Assembly: GCA_964592755.1 (NCBI GenBank)
Contig: CAZQFS010000001.1
Location: forward strand, 41,731-91,769
From: an uncultured bacterium
GTDB taxonomy: Bacteria; Hydrothermota; Tepidihabitantia; Tepidihabitantales; Tepidihabitantaceae
Length of the DNA stretch: 50,039 nt
Reading direction: 5' to 3'
Shown here piece by piece: positions 7,114 through 15,470 of the stretch. The notes below the pieces were generated by a model. It made no database searches. It saw only the letters and a program-made list of their open reading frames with translations, and was not told the DNA's origin. A program made the position numbers and the translations under genes. Numbering within the stretch: the first letter of the stretch is position 1; the number at the start of each line of letters is the position of its first letter.

Positions 7114-8707
7114 GAGATTCAACACACAGGGCCAGTCCGACGTCTCCCGCGGCGATCTTCTCCAGCAGAAGTTGCTCCGGGACGCCACACCGTCGTTTCA
7201 TTGCTGGCACGTCGCGGAACCAAAGCTGATATTTGCGGATGGACATAGGTGCGAGGACCCCAAGACCGGGCTTACCCTGTATGGGCCAGCCGGATTGGGC
7301 AAGGGCGCACGGTCATCGATTCGGCTCGGGATTATCGGTACGGGAGAAACAGTCCAAATGGTCCGCAACTGGCTCAAGCTGGCAGAGCACAGGATTACTG
7401 CGGGCAGGGACAAGAAAGGCAGGGCCTACGACCCGCTGTTGTCCCCAGACTTCCCCGGGTTCGGTGCTTACCCGCCATTCCACTGTGAAGTCGAGTTGGC
7501 TGACCAACACTGTGTCACCGTGCCGGGAAGGGAGTTCGAGCGCGTTGCCGAACCGGAGGAACTGGGCGCACGCATCAGTCGAGCCATTGAGGTTGTGGCG
7601 GCTCGTCTAGAATCTCTGGCCACAATTGAGCACTCGCCAGACGTAGTCTTGTGCGCGATGCCCAATGTTGTCGACTTGGCCTGTGGTCCCCAACGCGTAC
7701 GCGCTCCTCGGCCGGTCGCGATCACACCGTTCCAGAAGGCCGTCCGGAAACTTCGGCGGAAGGCCGCGAAGCTCGGGCAGTTGGCAATGGACCTTCGTCT
7801 TCCTGAAACCGGTGACGAAGACATGGAACACTGGGACTTCCACAATGCACTCAAGGTGAGAGCCATGCGATTTCGGCTGCCTACCCAGTTGGTCTGGGAG
7901 AGCACACTGACAGGGGCAAAATCGACGCAGGACCCTGCCACGATCGCTTGGAACCTGCTTGTCGCCCTCTACTACAAAGCAGGCAATCTACCTTGGCAAT
8001 TGGACTTTGGAGCCTCAGGCACGTGCTTTGTGGGCGTCACGTTCTACCGAGAAGGACCGGATCCGCAAGCACCTACGAGAATCAGCCTTGCTCAGGTGTA
8101 TTCCGAGGCAGGCGACGGTCTTGTACTGAAGGGCGAGCCAGTGCTGTGGGACCAGAAGCGCGACCGGCGGCCGCATCTTACCAGGGACACGGCCGAGACA
8201 CTCCTTACACGGGCAATCAGGTTGTACGAGCAGCACTACGACCGGGCACCAACGAGAGTAGTGGTGCACAAGACATCCCGCTATTGGCCCGAGGAGCTCG
8301 ATGGCTTCCGAGGTGCGCTTGACGCTATTCGCTCATACGACCTGCTGACTCTTGAGCAACGAGGTATCAGGTTTCTCCGTCTGGGCACCGAGCCACCCCT
8401 GCGCGGAACCGTAGTTCAGTTGGCGAACCGCGACTATCTCGTGTACACTCACGGATACGTGCCGTTTCTCAAGTGTTACCCCGGCATGCGGATTCCCAAT
8501 CCGATCGAGGTGGTAGAGCACCACGGGGATTCGGACGCCGAGCGGGTCTGTAGCGAGATACTCGCCTTGACCAAGCTCAATTGGAACAACTGCAGCTATG
8601 GCAGCGCTGACCCCGTGACAATCGCCTTCTCGCAACAGGTCGGCAGGATTTTGACGGAACTACCCGGCGGGGTTACGCCCGCGACCAATTACCGCTTCTA
8701 CATGTAG
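7100..8707 (+). CDS. Short prokaryotic Argonaute (MID-PIWI only, catalytically inactive)
   Basis: From memory, closely resembles characterised SPARTA Agos: AEPKLIFADGHRCEDPKTGLTLYGP, DFHNALKVRAMRFRLPTQLV (H..K MID motif), TIAWNLLVALYYKAGNLPWQL, ILALTKLNWNNCSYGSADPVTIAFSQQVGRILT, C-terminal YRFYM. PIWI catalytic positions are substituted (CFVGVTFY instead of GxD; VVVHKTSRY). Start is ATG 7100 (GGAGG at 7092-7096, overlaps the upstream stop by 14 nt) or TTG 7172, which better matches homologue N-termini. Confidence 0.8.
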   Translation: MRPHRRFNTQGQSDVSRGDLLQQKLLRDATPSFHCWHVAEPKLIFADGHRCEDPKTGLTLYGPAGLGKGARSSIRLGIIGTGETVQMVRNWLKLAEHRITAGRDKKGRAYDPLLSPDFPGFGAYPPFHCEVELADQHCVTVPGREFERVAEPEELGARISRAIEVVAARLESLATIEHSPDVVLCAMPNVVDLACGPQRVRAPRPVAITPFQKAVRKLRRKAAKLGQLAMDLRLPETGDEDMEHWDFHNALKVRAMRFRLPTQLVWESTLTGAKSTQDPATIAWNLLVALYYKAGNLPWQLDFGASGTCFVGVTFYREGPDPQAPTRISLAQVYSEAGDGLVLKGEPVLWDQKRDRRPHLTRDTAETLLTRAIRLYEQHYDRAPTRVVVHKTSRYWPEELDGFRGALDAIRSYDLLTLEQRGIRFLRLGTEPPLRGTVVQLANRDYLVYTHGYVPFLKCYPGMRIPNPIEVVEHHGDSDAERVCSEILALTKLNWNNCSYGSADPVTIAFSQQVGRILTELPGGVTPATNYRFYM

Positions 8708-8708
8708 C

Positions 8709-10211
8709 ATGAATTCATCACAAATCGGCACCCGGGTCTGGAACATGGCCACCGTGTTGAAGAGCGATGGGCTGAGCTACATGGAGTACGTAGGCCAGAT
8801 TACCTATCTGCTGTTCCTGAAGATGGCGCATGAGCTGACCCAGGCCCCGTACAACCGGCCGAACGTCATCCCGCCGGACAAAGATGGCAACCCGCTGGGT
8901 TGGCCGGAATTGCTGAAGCGCGACGGCGCGGACTTGGCCACGTTCTACGAACATACCCTGACCGAGTTGGGCCGGAAGAAAGGCATGCTCGGCGCCATCT
9001 TCCTGAACGCGAAGAGCGCAATCAAGGACCCGGCCAAGCTCAGGCGGCTTATCGTTGACCTTTTTGAGAAGCAGGAAGGCGGCTGGGTAAGCATGGACGT
9101 GGACGTGAAGGGCGCTATCTATGAGGAGTTGCTCAATCGGACTGCGGCCGAGTCACCTTCCGGCGCGGGCCAGTATTTCACGCCCCGCGAGCTCATCAGG
9201 GCCATAGTGGACGTGATGCAGCCGAAACCCACTGACACTATCTGCGACCCGGCCGCGGGCACCGGCGGATTCCTGCTGATTGCCTATGAATACGTGGTCA
9301 GCCAATACGGGTCAGCGATGGACCGGGACGCCCAGAAGCAGGTGCAGGAGCGCCTCATCAGCGGCATGGAACTGGTGCCGGACACGGGTAGGCTATGCGT
9401 GATGAACCTGTACCTACACACCATTGGTGGAGACGAAACCACCGTCCTGGTTGGTCACGACAGCCTGGCCCAGCCTGCACCCACGACTTATTCGATGGTC
9501 CTGACCAATCCGCCTTTTGGCCGGAAGGGCAGCATCATCACCGTAGACGACGAGGGCGAGCTTGAGCGCGAGCGGCAGGTGGTGAACCGACCCGACTTCT
9601 GGCAGGAGACGACGAACAAGCAGTTGAACTTCCTGCAGCACGTCTACACCATGCTCAAGGTGGACGGCCGGGCCGCAATTGTCCTGCCTGACAACGTGCT
9701 ATTCGAGGGCGGGGCCGGGGAGAAAATCCGGCGCAGGCTGCTTTCGACCTGTGATGTTCACACGCTCCTGCGCCTGCCCACCGGCATCTTCTACAAGCCC
9801 GGGGTGAAGGCCAACGTGCTCTTCTTTGACAAGCGGCCCGGTTCGGAGAAGCCGTGGACCACCAAGCTCTGGGTTTATGACCTGCGGACGAACAAGCACT
9901 TCACCTTGAAGCAGAACCCAATCACGCGGGATGACTTCAACGAGTTTGTGGACTGTTGCCGGCCGGGCGAACGGCATCTGCGGACGCCGACCTGGAGTGA
10001 GGAGAACCCGGAAGGCCGCTGGCGGTGCTTTGACTACGAGGAGTTGCAGAAGCGCGACAAGCTGAGCCTCGACCTCTTCTGGCTCAAGGACAAGAGCCTC
10101 GAGGACTCCGAGAACCTGCCCGAGCCCGAAGTCATCGCCGCCGAGATAGCGGACGACCTGCAAGAAGCCCTCGACCAATTCCGCAGCATTGCGAAGGACC
10201 TGGAGCAGTAG
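8709..10211 (+). CDS. hsdM: Type I restriction-modification N6-adenine DNA methyltransferase subunit (HsdM)
   Basis: HsdM N-terminal helix region (YVGQITYLLFLKMAHE), SAM-binding ICDPAAGTGGFLL, catalytic motif IV LTNPPFGRKG. ATG 8709 lies 1 nt after the pAgo stop codon (TAG 8705-8707). Confidence 0.9.
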   Translation: MNSSQIGTRVWNMATVLKSDGLSYMEYVGQITYLLFLKMAHELTQAPYNRPNVIPPDKDGNPLGWPELLKRDGADLATFYEHTLTELGRKKGMLGAIFLNAKSAIKDPAKLRRLIVDLFEKQEGGWVSMDVDVKGAIYEELLNRTAAESPSGAGQYFTPRELIRAIVDVMQPKPTDTICDPAAGTGGFLLIAYEYVVSQYGSAMDRDAQKQVQERLISGMELVPDTGRLCVMNLYLHTIGGDETTVLVGHDSLAQPAPTTYSMVLTNPPFGRKGSIITVDDEGELERERQVVNRPDFWQETTNKQLNFLQHVYTMLKVDGRAAIVLPDNVLFEGGAGEKIRRRLLSTCDVHTLLRLPTGIFYKPGVKANVLFFDKRPGSEKPWTTKLWVYDLRTNKHFTLKQNPITRDDFNEFVDCCRPGERHLRTPTWSEENPEGRWRCFDYEELQKRDKLSLDLFWLKDKSLEDSENLPEPEVIAAEIADDLQEALDQFRSIAKDLEQ

Positions 10212-10415
10212 TCCGGCTTCTCGTTCTTTCCCGAACTCACCCACACTTTCCCCCGTCCGGCTCAGGCCCGAAGTGCGCATGATAGGTGAGGTCAGATTGC
10301 TCTTTGACAACTTGTCTTGTGCACAACCGCGGGCCGGGCAGCCAGGCCCGCGGTAGCGACGGCCGGCCGGTTGCGGCCCGGCCGGCCACCGCCGCAGAAA
10401 GGAGGTGGAAACACC

Positions 10416-10790
10416 ATGAGCGACCCGACAAAGCGCATCGCCAACTGGGACGCCGGCTACGACACCTCGGCCATCAAGGCCAAGGTGGATAAGAAGCGGC
10501 CGGACATGCTCTCCCGGGTGCAGGCTCAGTTTCCTGCCATTTCCTCGATGGAGGGGCAGGTGAAGCAGGTGCTCGACCTGGCGGGCTCAACGGTCATCGA
10601 ATACCCGTTTTACCTGAGCTTCGCACGCGAGTTGTGGAGCATGACCCACGAGCGGGAAATCTCCGGCGAGGCTGCGGCGGTCGAGGCTGAGACCCTCATC
10701 GTGAAATGGGTGGCCCGCGGACTGACGCGCAGCGTGCTGGAGAACATCCGCACCGGCGTGTTCAACATCGCGCCGCCTTCATCGCCGTAA
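10416..10790 (+). CDS. Hypothetical small protein (124 aa)
   Basis: ATG 10416 is preceded by a strong SD (AAAGGAGGTG, 10398-10407). The listed start at 10317 runs through GC-rich hairpins. No recognisable domain. Confidence 0.5.
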   Translation: MSDPTKRIANWDAGYDTSAIKAKVDKKRPDMLSRVQAQFPAISSMEGQVKQVLDLAGSTVIEYPFYLSFARELWSMTHEREISGEAAAVEAETLIVKWVARGLTRSVLENIRTGVFNIAPPSSP

Positions 10791-10807
10791 GGCGAAGCAA
10801 GGACAAC

Positions 10808-10837
10808 GGCGGCAGAGAGGGCTGCATCTCTGCCGCC
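10808..10837. terminator. 11-bp GC-rich hairpin between convergent genes (bidirectional terminator candidate)
   Basis: GGCGGCAGAGA (10808-10818), loop gggctgca, TCTCTGCCGCC (10827-10837). Lies between the end of the 10416-10790 CDS and the 3' end of rnpB. No strong U-tract. Confidence 0.45.
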
Positions 10838-10865
10838 TCTGACTTGAGGGTCTGCGGACGAAGCT

Positions 10866-11240
10866 GGTACGAGGCGGGTCTGTAAGCCGAGTTCTGTACC
10901 AGACCCTGGGGCCTGGTGACGGTCATTTATCTGGACACCGGGTTGCCCTGGTGCCTCAAGCAGCCTACCCGGGAATCGTCGCGGACCGGGCCGGTCCTGT
11001 TCCCATCTTGGCCTTGCACCCGGCAGGGTTTTTCCGCCCGACACGTCACCGCGCCGGGCAGTGCGCTCTTACCGCACTTTTTCACCCTTACCCTGGACGA
11101 AAACAGGGCGGTGTGGTTTCTGTGACACTTTCCGTCCACGGGCCGTCTCCGGCCCGCAGCCTCGCTCTTAACGAGTGCCGTGCCCTGCGGTGCTCGGACT
11201 TTCCTCCCGGCATGCCGGGCGACCGTCCGACCCGCCTCAC
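10866..11240 (-). ncRNA. rnpB: RNase P RNA, bacterial type A
   Basis: The minus strand reads GAGGAAAGTCCGAGC (CR-I), GGGTAAGGGTGAAAAAGTGCGGTAAGAGCGCAC and ACAGAACTCGGCTTACAG (CR-V). P1 pairing: 5' GAGGCGGGTC (complement of 11229-11238) with 3' GACCCGCCTC (complement of 10871-10880). Length is about 375 nt. Ends are approximate to within about 5 nt. Confidence 0.85.
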
Positions 11241-11244
11241 CACT

Positions 11245-11273
11245 ATTGTAGATGAACGGCGCGCCTGCGGCAA
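11245..11273 (-). promoter_or_regulatory. Candidate rnpB promoter TTGCCG-17nt-TACAAT
   Basis: On the minus strand, -35 TTGCCG (complement of 11268-11273), 17-nt spacer, -10 TACAAT (complement of 11245-11250). This places the TSS at about 11238, at the start of the P1 helix. Confidence 0.45.
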
Positions 11274-11308
11274 GGCCGGGGTGAACTCGGGCCGGGCCGG
11301 AGTATAAT

Positions 11309-12193
11309 ATGTCCGTGGTCTGCTGTGCGTGTCCGTTTGAATGCGGCGTTGACCGAAGGCGGCAGCTTGGTGTCTGTCGCGCTCCCGACGAGTTCCACGT
11401 TGCCCAGGCTCAGCTCCACTTCTGGGAAGAGCCGCCGGTCTCGGGCACGCGCGGCTCGGGCACCGTCTTTTTCAGCCACTGCAATCTGCGCTGCCGGTTC
11501 TGCCAGAACTACGACATCTCGCAGCAGGGATACGGCCGGCCGGTCACGCCTGAGCGCCTGCAGGAGATGATGCGCGAACTCGAAGCCCAGGGTGCACACA
11601 ACATCAACCTCGTCACCCCGACCCACTACTCTTTGCAGCTTGTCCCGGTGCTCACGCAGGCCCGTCGGCACCTGAAGATACCGTTTGTCTGGAACTCCAA
11701 CGGCTATGAGAAAGCCGAGACCATCGCGCAACTTGAGGGGCTGGTTCAGGTGTATCTGCCTGACTTGAAGTACTTCTCTGACGAACTGGCACAGGCTTGT
11801 TCGGCTGCCCCGCACTACTTCAGGCATGCCGCGGCCGCGATTACCGAGATGAAACGTCAGGTCGGCACCAATCGCTACGACGAGCACGGCGTCATCGAGA
11901 AAGGCCTCATCATCCGTCATCTGGTCCTGCCCGGCCACGCCGACGACAGCCGCCGCGTCCTGGCCTGGATTCACGACCATCTCGGCCCGCGCACGCACGT
12001 CAGTCTGATGGCGCAATACTACCCGACCCACCGGGCCGCGGACCTGCCCGGCATGAATCGCCGGCTGTCTGCCGCCGAGTACGACTATGTGCGCCGGTAC
12101 TTCGAAGATCTGGGTTTCGAAGAAGGGTTCGCTCAGGAGCTCTCCGCTGCCCGGCGTGAGTACACGCCGGACTTCAAGGGGCGTGGGGTGTAG
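11309..12193 (+). CDS. Radical SAM protein (PflX/COG1313-like activating-enzyme family)
   Basis: CNLRCRFCQNYDIS (CxxxCxxC radical SAM cluster). An upstream Cys-rich N-terminus (CCACPFECGVDR...GVC) and NINLVTPTHY are typical of this family. Confidence 0.8.
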   Translation: MSVVCCACPFECGVDRRRQLGVCRAPDEFHVAQAQLHFWEEPPVSGTRGSGTVFFSHCNLRCRFCQNYDISQQGYGRPVTPERLQEMMRELEAQGAHNINLVTPTHYSLQLVPVLTQARRHLKIPFVWNSNGYEKAETIAQLEGLVQVYLPDLKYFSDELAQACSAAPHYFRHAAAAITEMKRQVGTNRYDEHGVIEKGLIIRHLVLPGHADDSRRVLAWIHDHLGPRTHVSLMAQYYPTHRAADLPGMNRRLSAAEYDYVRRYFEDLGFEEGFAQELSAARREYTPDFKGRGV

Positions 12194-12237
12194 GCTGGTT
12201 TTGACTTCGTCGCGTCTGCTCGTAGACTTCTTGCTTC

Positions 12238-13665
12238 ATGTGCGGCATCATCGGCCTTGTCGGCGCGAAACCGGTCGGCACTGAGCTGGTCGAGGGACTG
12301 CTCGCGCTTCAGCACCGGGGCCAGGACTCGGCCGGGATCCTGACTTCGGACGAGACTTTCCACCTGAAGAAGGGCAACGGCACGGTCGCGAACGTCTTCA
12401 ATCCGAAGAATCTGGCGCGGCTTGCCGGCAGCACGGGCATCGGTCATGTCCGCTACCCGACCATCGGCCCGGGCTCGGTCGAGGACGCCCAGCCGTTCTA
12501 CGTCAACCACCCGTTCGGCGTGGCCATCGTCCACAACGGCAATGTCACTAACTACGCCAGTCTTCACCGGCAGTTGACCTGCCGGGACATGCGGCAGTTG
12601 ACGAGCTCTTCCGATGCCGAGCCAATCCTCAACGTCCTTGCCCAGGAGCTGGAGAAGACCGACCTCGCCCGGTTCGGCCCGGCTTCGGTCTTTGCCGCGC
12701 TGGACAGCGTCTACCGCCGCGTGCAGGGCTCGTACTCGGTCGTCGGTCTGATTCACGGTCAGGGTCTGCTTGGGTTCCGGGACGCTATGGGCATCAAGCC
12801 GCTCGTGCTGGGCCGACGCGGCCGCGACTACGCCTTCGCCTCGGAGAGCGTTGCCTTTGACCGGCTCGGGTTCAGCCTGGTCCGCGACGTCCGTCCCGGC
12901 GAAGCGGTGTTCATCGACGCCCGGCGACGGCTCCACTCCTGCCAGGTCAGACCCGGCCGGCATCGCGGCTGCATCTTCGAGTATGTTTACTTTGCCCGGC
13001 CCGATTCGGTCATCGACGGCATCGAAGTCTACGAAGCCCGTCTGCGCCTGGGGGAGAACCTGGCCCGGCAGGTGATGGAACAGGGGCTGCAGCCGGACGT
13101 CATCGTGCCGATTCCCGATACGGCCCGGGCCGCGGCCAGCCAGATATCCCGCGTTACCGGTATCGAGCTGCGCGAAGGCCTGATAAAGAACCGCTACATC
13201 GCCCGCACGTTCATCATGCACGGTCAGGACCGCCGCGCTCTGTCCGTGCGCCAGAAGCTCAATCCGGTGCGGTCCCAGGTCCGCGGCCGGAAGGTACTGC
13301 TGGTGGACGATTCAATCGTCCGCGGAACCACGTCGCGCGAAATCGTGCAGATGGTGCGCGATGCCGGTGCCCGCGAGGTCTACCTGGCAATAACTGCGCC
13401 GCCCCTGCGCTTTCCCTGCGTCTACGGCATCGACATGATGACCCGGGGTGAGTTTGCGGCCAAGGACCGAACCGTCGAACAGGTGCGCCGGCTGGTCCGT
13501 GCCGACGCTTTGGTGTACCAGACCTACGACGGGCTGATTGACGCGGTCCGGGGCGAGCACAGCGACATGGGTTTCTGTACCGCCTGCTTCAACGGCGAGT
13601 ACCCGACCGACATTGCCCCGCGCGACCTTGCCCGTATGGAAGCCGAACGGAAGAAGTGGTGCTGA
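12238..13665 (+). CDS. purF: Amidophosphoribosyltransferase
   Basis: MCGIIGLVG N-terminal nucleophile Cys, LQHRGQDSAGI, PRTase motif VLLVDDSIVRGTTS, C-terminal Cys ligands (CVYGIDM ... CTACFNGEYP). Confidence 0.95.
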   Translation: MCGIIGLVGAKPVGTELVEGLLALQHRGQDSAGILTSDETFHLKKGNGTVANVFNPKNLARLAGSTGIGHVRYPTIGPGSVEDAQPFYVNHPFGVAIVHNGNVTNYASLHRQLTCRDMRQLTSSSDAEPILNVLAQELEKTDLARFGPASVFAALDSVYRRVQGSYSVVGLIHGQGLLGFRDAMGIKPLVLGRRGRDYAFASESVAFDRLGFSLVRDVRPGEAVFIDARRRLHSCQVRPGRHRGCIFEYVYFARPDSVIDGIEVYEARLRLGENLARQVMEQGLQPDVIVPIPDTARAAASQISRVTGIELREGLIKNRYIARTFIMHGQDRRALSVRQKLNPVRSQVRGRKVLLVDDSIVRGTTSREIVQMVRDAGAREVYLAITAPPLRFPCVYGIDMMTRGEFAAKDRTVEQVRRLVRADALVYQTYDGLIDAVRGEHSDMGFCTACFNGEYPTDIAPRDLARMEAERKKWC

Positions 13666-13691
13666 CCTTACCTCGGAAAGGAGACAACTAG

Positions 13692-14783
13692 ATGCCATCC
13701 GCCTTAGGCCTCGGCCTGCTGCTGCTCAGTCTCTCCCCGCCCTCGGGCGTGACCGCCCGCGACGTGCCCAATGACCGCGGCAACAGCATCGCGGTGACGT
13801 GGACACGTTCGCCGGACTCAACCGTGCTCAACTACAAGGTGTTGCGGCAAGCTGGCGACGCCGCGGAGTGGGAAACGCTCGGCCTGGTCGGCCGGCTCGC
13901 CTCCCGTTATGTGGACAGCGACGCCCGACGCGGAGTGCCCTACCGGTACGCCATCCTGGCCGAGTCAGAACTCGAGGCCGCTCTATCCGAACCCTCACCC
14001 GAGGCGAAGAGCGTTGCCCAGTGGTTCAACACCGACACCTTTCAGGCACTGGTCGGCACGATTGTGCTGGGCTTCATCTTCCTTTACCTTATCAACCGGG
14101 CCAAGAAGGACCGGAACCTGTTCATCCGGCGCATCTCCGGTCTCGACGCGGTTGACGAAGCCTTGGGCCGCGCCACCGAGATGGGCCGGGCCACGCTCTA
14201 TGTGCCCGGGCTCTCCAGCATCGCCGACGTCGCCACCATCGCTTCGCTCAACATCCTCGGCGAAGTGGCGAAGAAGACGGCCAAGTTCGGCACACCGCTC
14301 ATCGTGCCCAACCGCGACCCGATTGTCTACACGGTTGCCCGGGAAATGGTGAAGGAGTCGTACACCTCGGTCGGTCGGCCCGACATCTTCTCGGAGGATA
14401 TCGTCTTCTTCGTCACCGACCAGCAGTTCGCCTTTGCCGCGGCGGTGGACGGCATCATGGTGCGCGAGAAGCCAGCCACCAACTTCCTCATCGGGATGTT
14501 CTGGGCCGAGTCGCTTATCCTGGCCGAAACCGGCGCGGCGACCGGCGCGGTACAGATTGCGGGCACCGACGCCGTCACCCAGCTCCCCTTCTTCATCACC
14601 GCCTGCGATTACACCCTCATCGGCGAGGAGCTGTATGCCGCGTCCGCCTACCTGTCGCGCGAACCCCTGCTCCTGGGAGCGGTCAAAGGCCAGGATTACT
14701 CCAAGGCCCTCATCGTCGTCCTGATACTGGCCGGCACGCTGCTGGCCCTGGCCCTGAACGTGCCGGTAACCCGGTATCTGTAG
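13692..14783 (+). CDS. Membrane protein: signal peptide, FN3-like domain, large TM-anchored domain (function unknown)
   Basis: SD AAGGAG upstream. Signal-like N-terminus MPSALGLGLLLLSL. FN3-like stretch (IAVTWTRSPDSTVLNYKVLR...YRYAILA), then hydrophobic segments. First gene of a four-gene coupled operon. Confidence 0.6.
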   Translation: MPSALGLGLLLLSLSPPSGVTARDVPNDRGNSIAVTWTRSPDSTVLNYKVLRQAGDAAEWETLGLVGRLASRYVDSDARRGVPYRYAILAESELEAALSEPSPEAKSVAQWFNTDTFQALVGTIVLGFIFLYLINRAKKDRNLFIRRISGLDAVDEALGRATEMGRATLYVPGLSSIADVATIASLNILGEVAKKTAKFGTPLIVPNRDPIVYTVAREMVKESYTSVGRPDIFSEDIVFFVTDQQFAFAAAVDGIMVREKPATNFLIGMFWAESLILAETGAATGAVQIAGTDAVTQLPFFITACDYTLIGEELYAASAYLSREPLLLGAVKGQDYSKALIVVLILAGTLLALALNVPVTRYL

Positions 14784-14798
14784 AACAACGGAGGAGAG

Positions 14799-15470
14799 AT
14801 GAAGAGAAGAATCCCCCTGCTACTCGTGCTTGTGCTGGGCATCTTTGCCGCAATCGCCGCCTTTGTCCCGCACCCTGCCATCTGGCACGTCGATGAGACC
14901 CTGCGCAACGACGTCATGCGTATTCTGTCGGCCTTCGGCCTGGTGCTCGGCATCGGCTCCATCCTTCAGCACCACCTGCTGAAAATCAAGCGCCACGCCC
15001 AGCACTGGCAGTACAGCTATATCACCATCATCATGCTCATCATCACGGCTATTGTCGGCGTCTTCGGTGGTATAGACCCCAACCGGCCCGGCCTGCTGCC
15101 GACCCACATCGGCTCGTTCTCATTCCACATGCAGACGCTGTACACCAACGTCATGGTCCCGCTGGGCGCGACGATGTTCGCCATGCTGGCCTTTTTCATG
15201 GCGTCGGCCGCGTACCGTGCGTTCCGTGCCCGCACGGTTGAGGCTACTCTACTGCTGGCCTCGGCCTTTGTCCTGATGCTCGGCGCCGTACCCCTGGGCC
15301 GGATGATTCACCACCAGTTGCCCTCATTCGCCGAGTGGATTCTCACCGTGCCGAACACCGCGGCCAAGCGCGGCATCCTGTTCGGCGTCGAGCTCGGCAT
15401 CTTCGCCACGTCCTTGAAGATTGTCCTCGGCATTGAACGTGGCTGGCTCGGCGGGGGAGGTGGCAAGTGA
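14799..15470 (+). CDS. Polytopic membrane protein (function unknown)
   Basis: SD GGAGGAG upstream and multiple hydrophobic helices. The stop overlaps the next gene's GTG (GTGA at 15467-15470). Confidence 0.6.
   Translation: MKRRIPLLLVLVLGIFAAIAAFVPHPAIWHVDETLRNDVMRILSAFGLVLGIGSILQHHLLKIKRHAQHWQYSYITIIMLIITAIVGVFGGIDPNRPGLLPTHIGSFSFHMQTLYTNVMVPLGATMFAMLAFFMASAAYRAFRARTVEATLLLASAFVLMLGAVPLGRMIHHQLPSFAEWILTVPNTAAKRGILFGVELGIFATSLKIVLGIERGWLGGGGGK

Noticed and set aside
10610-11307. Five listed ORFs (10610-11044-, 10916-11125+, 10927-11139-, 10951-11307+, 11088-11273-).
   Set aside because: The region is explained by the RNase P RNA gene and its promoter. The ORFs overlap one another in several frames and have junk-like composition.
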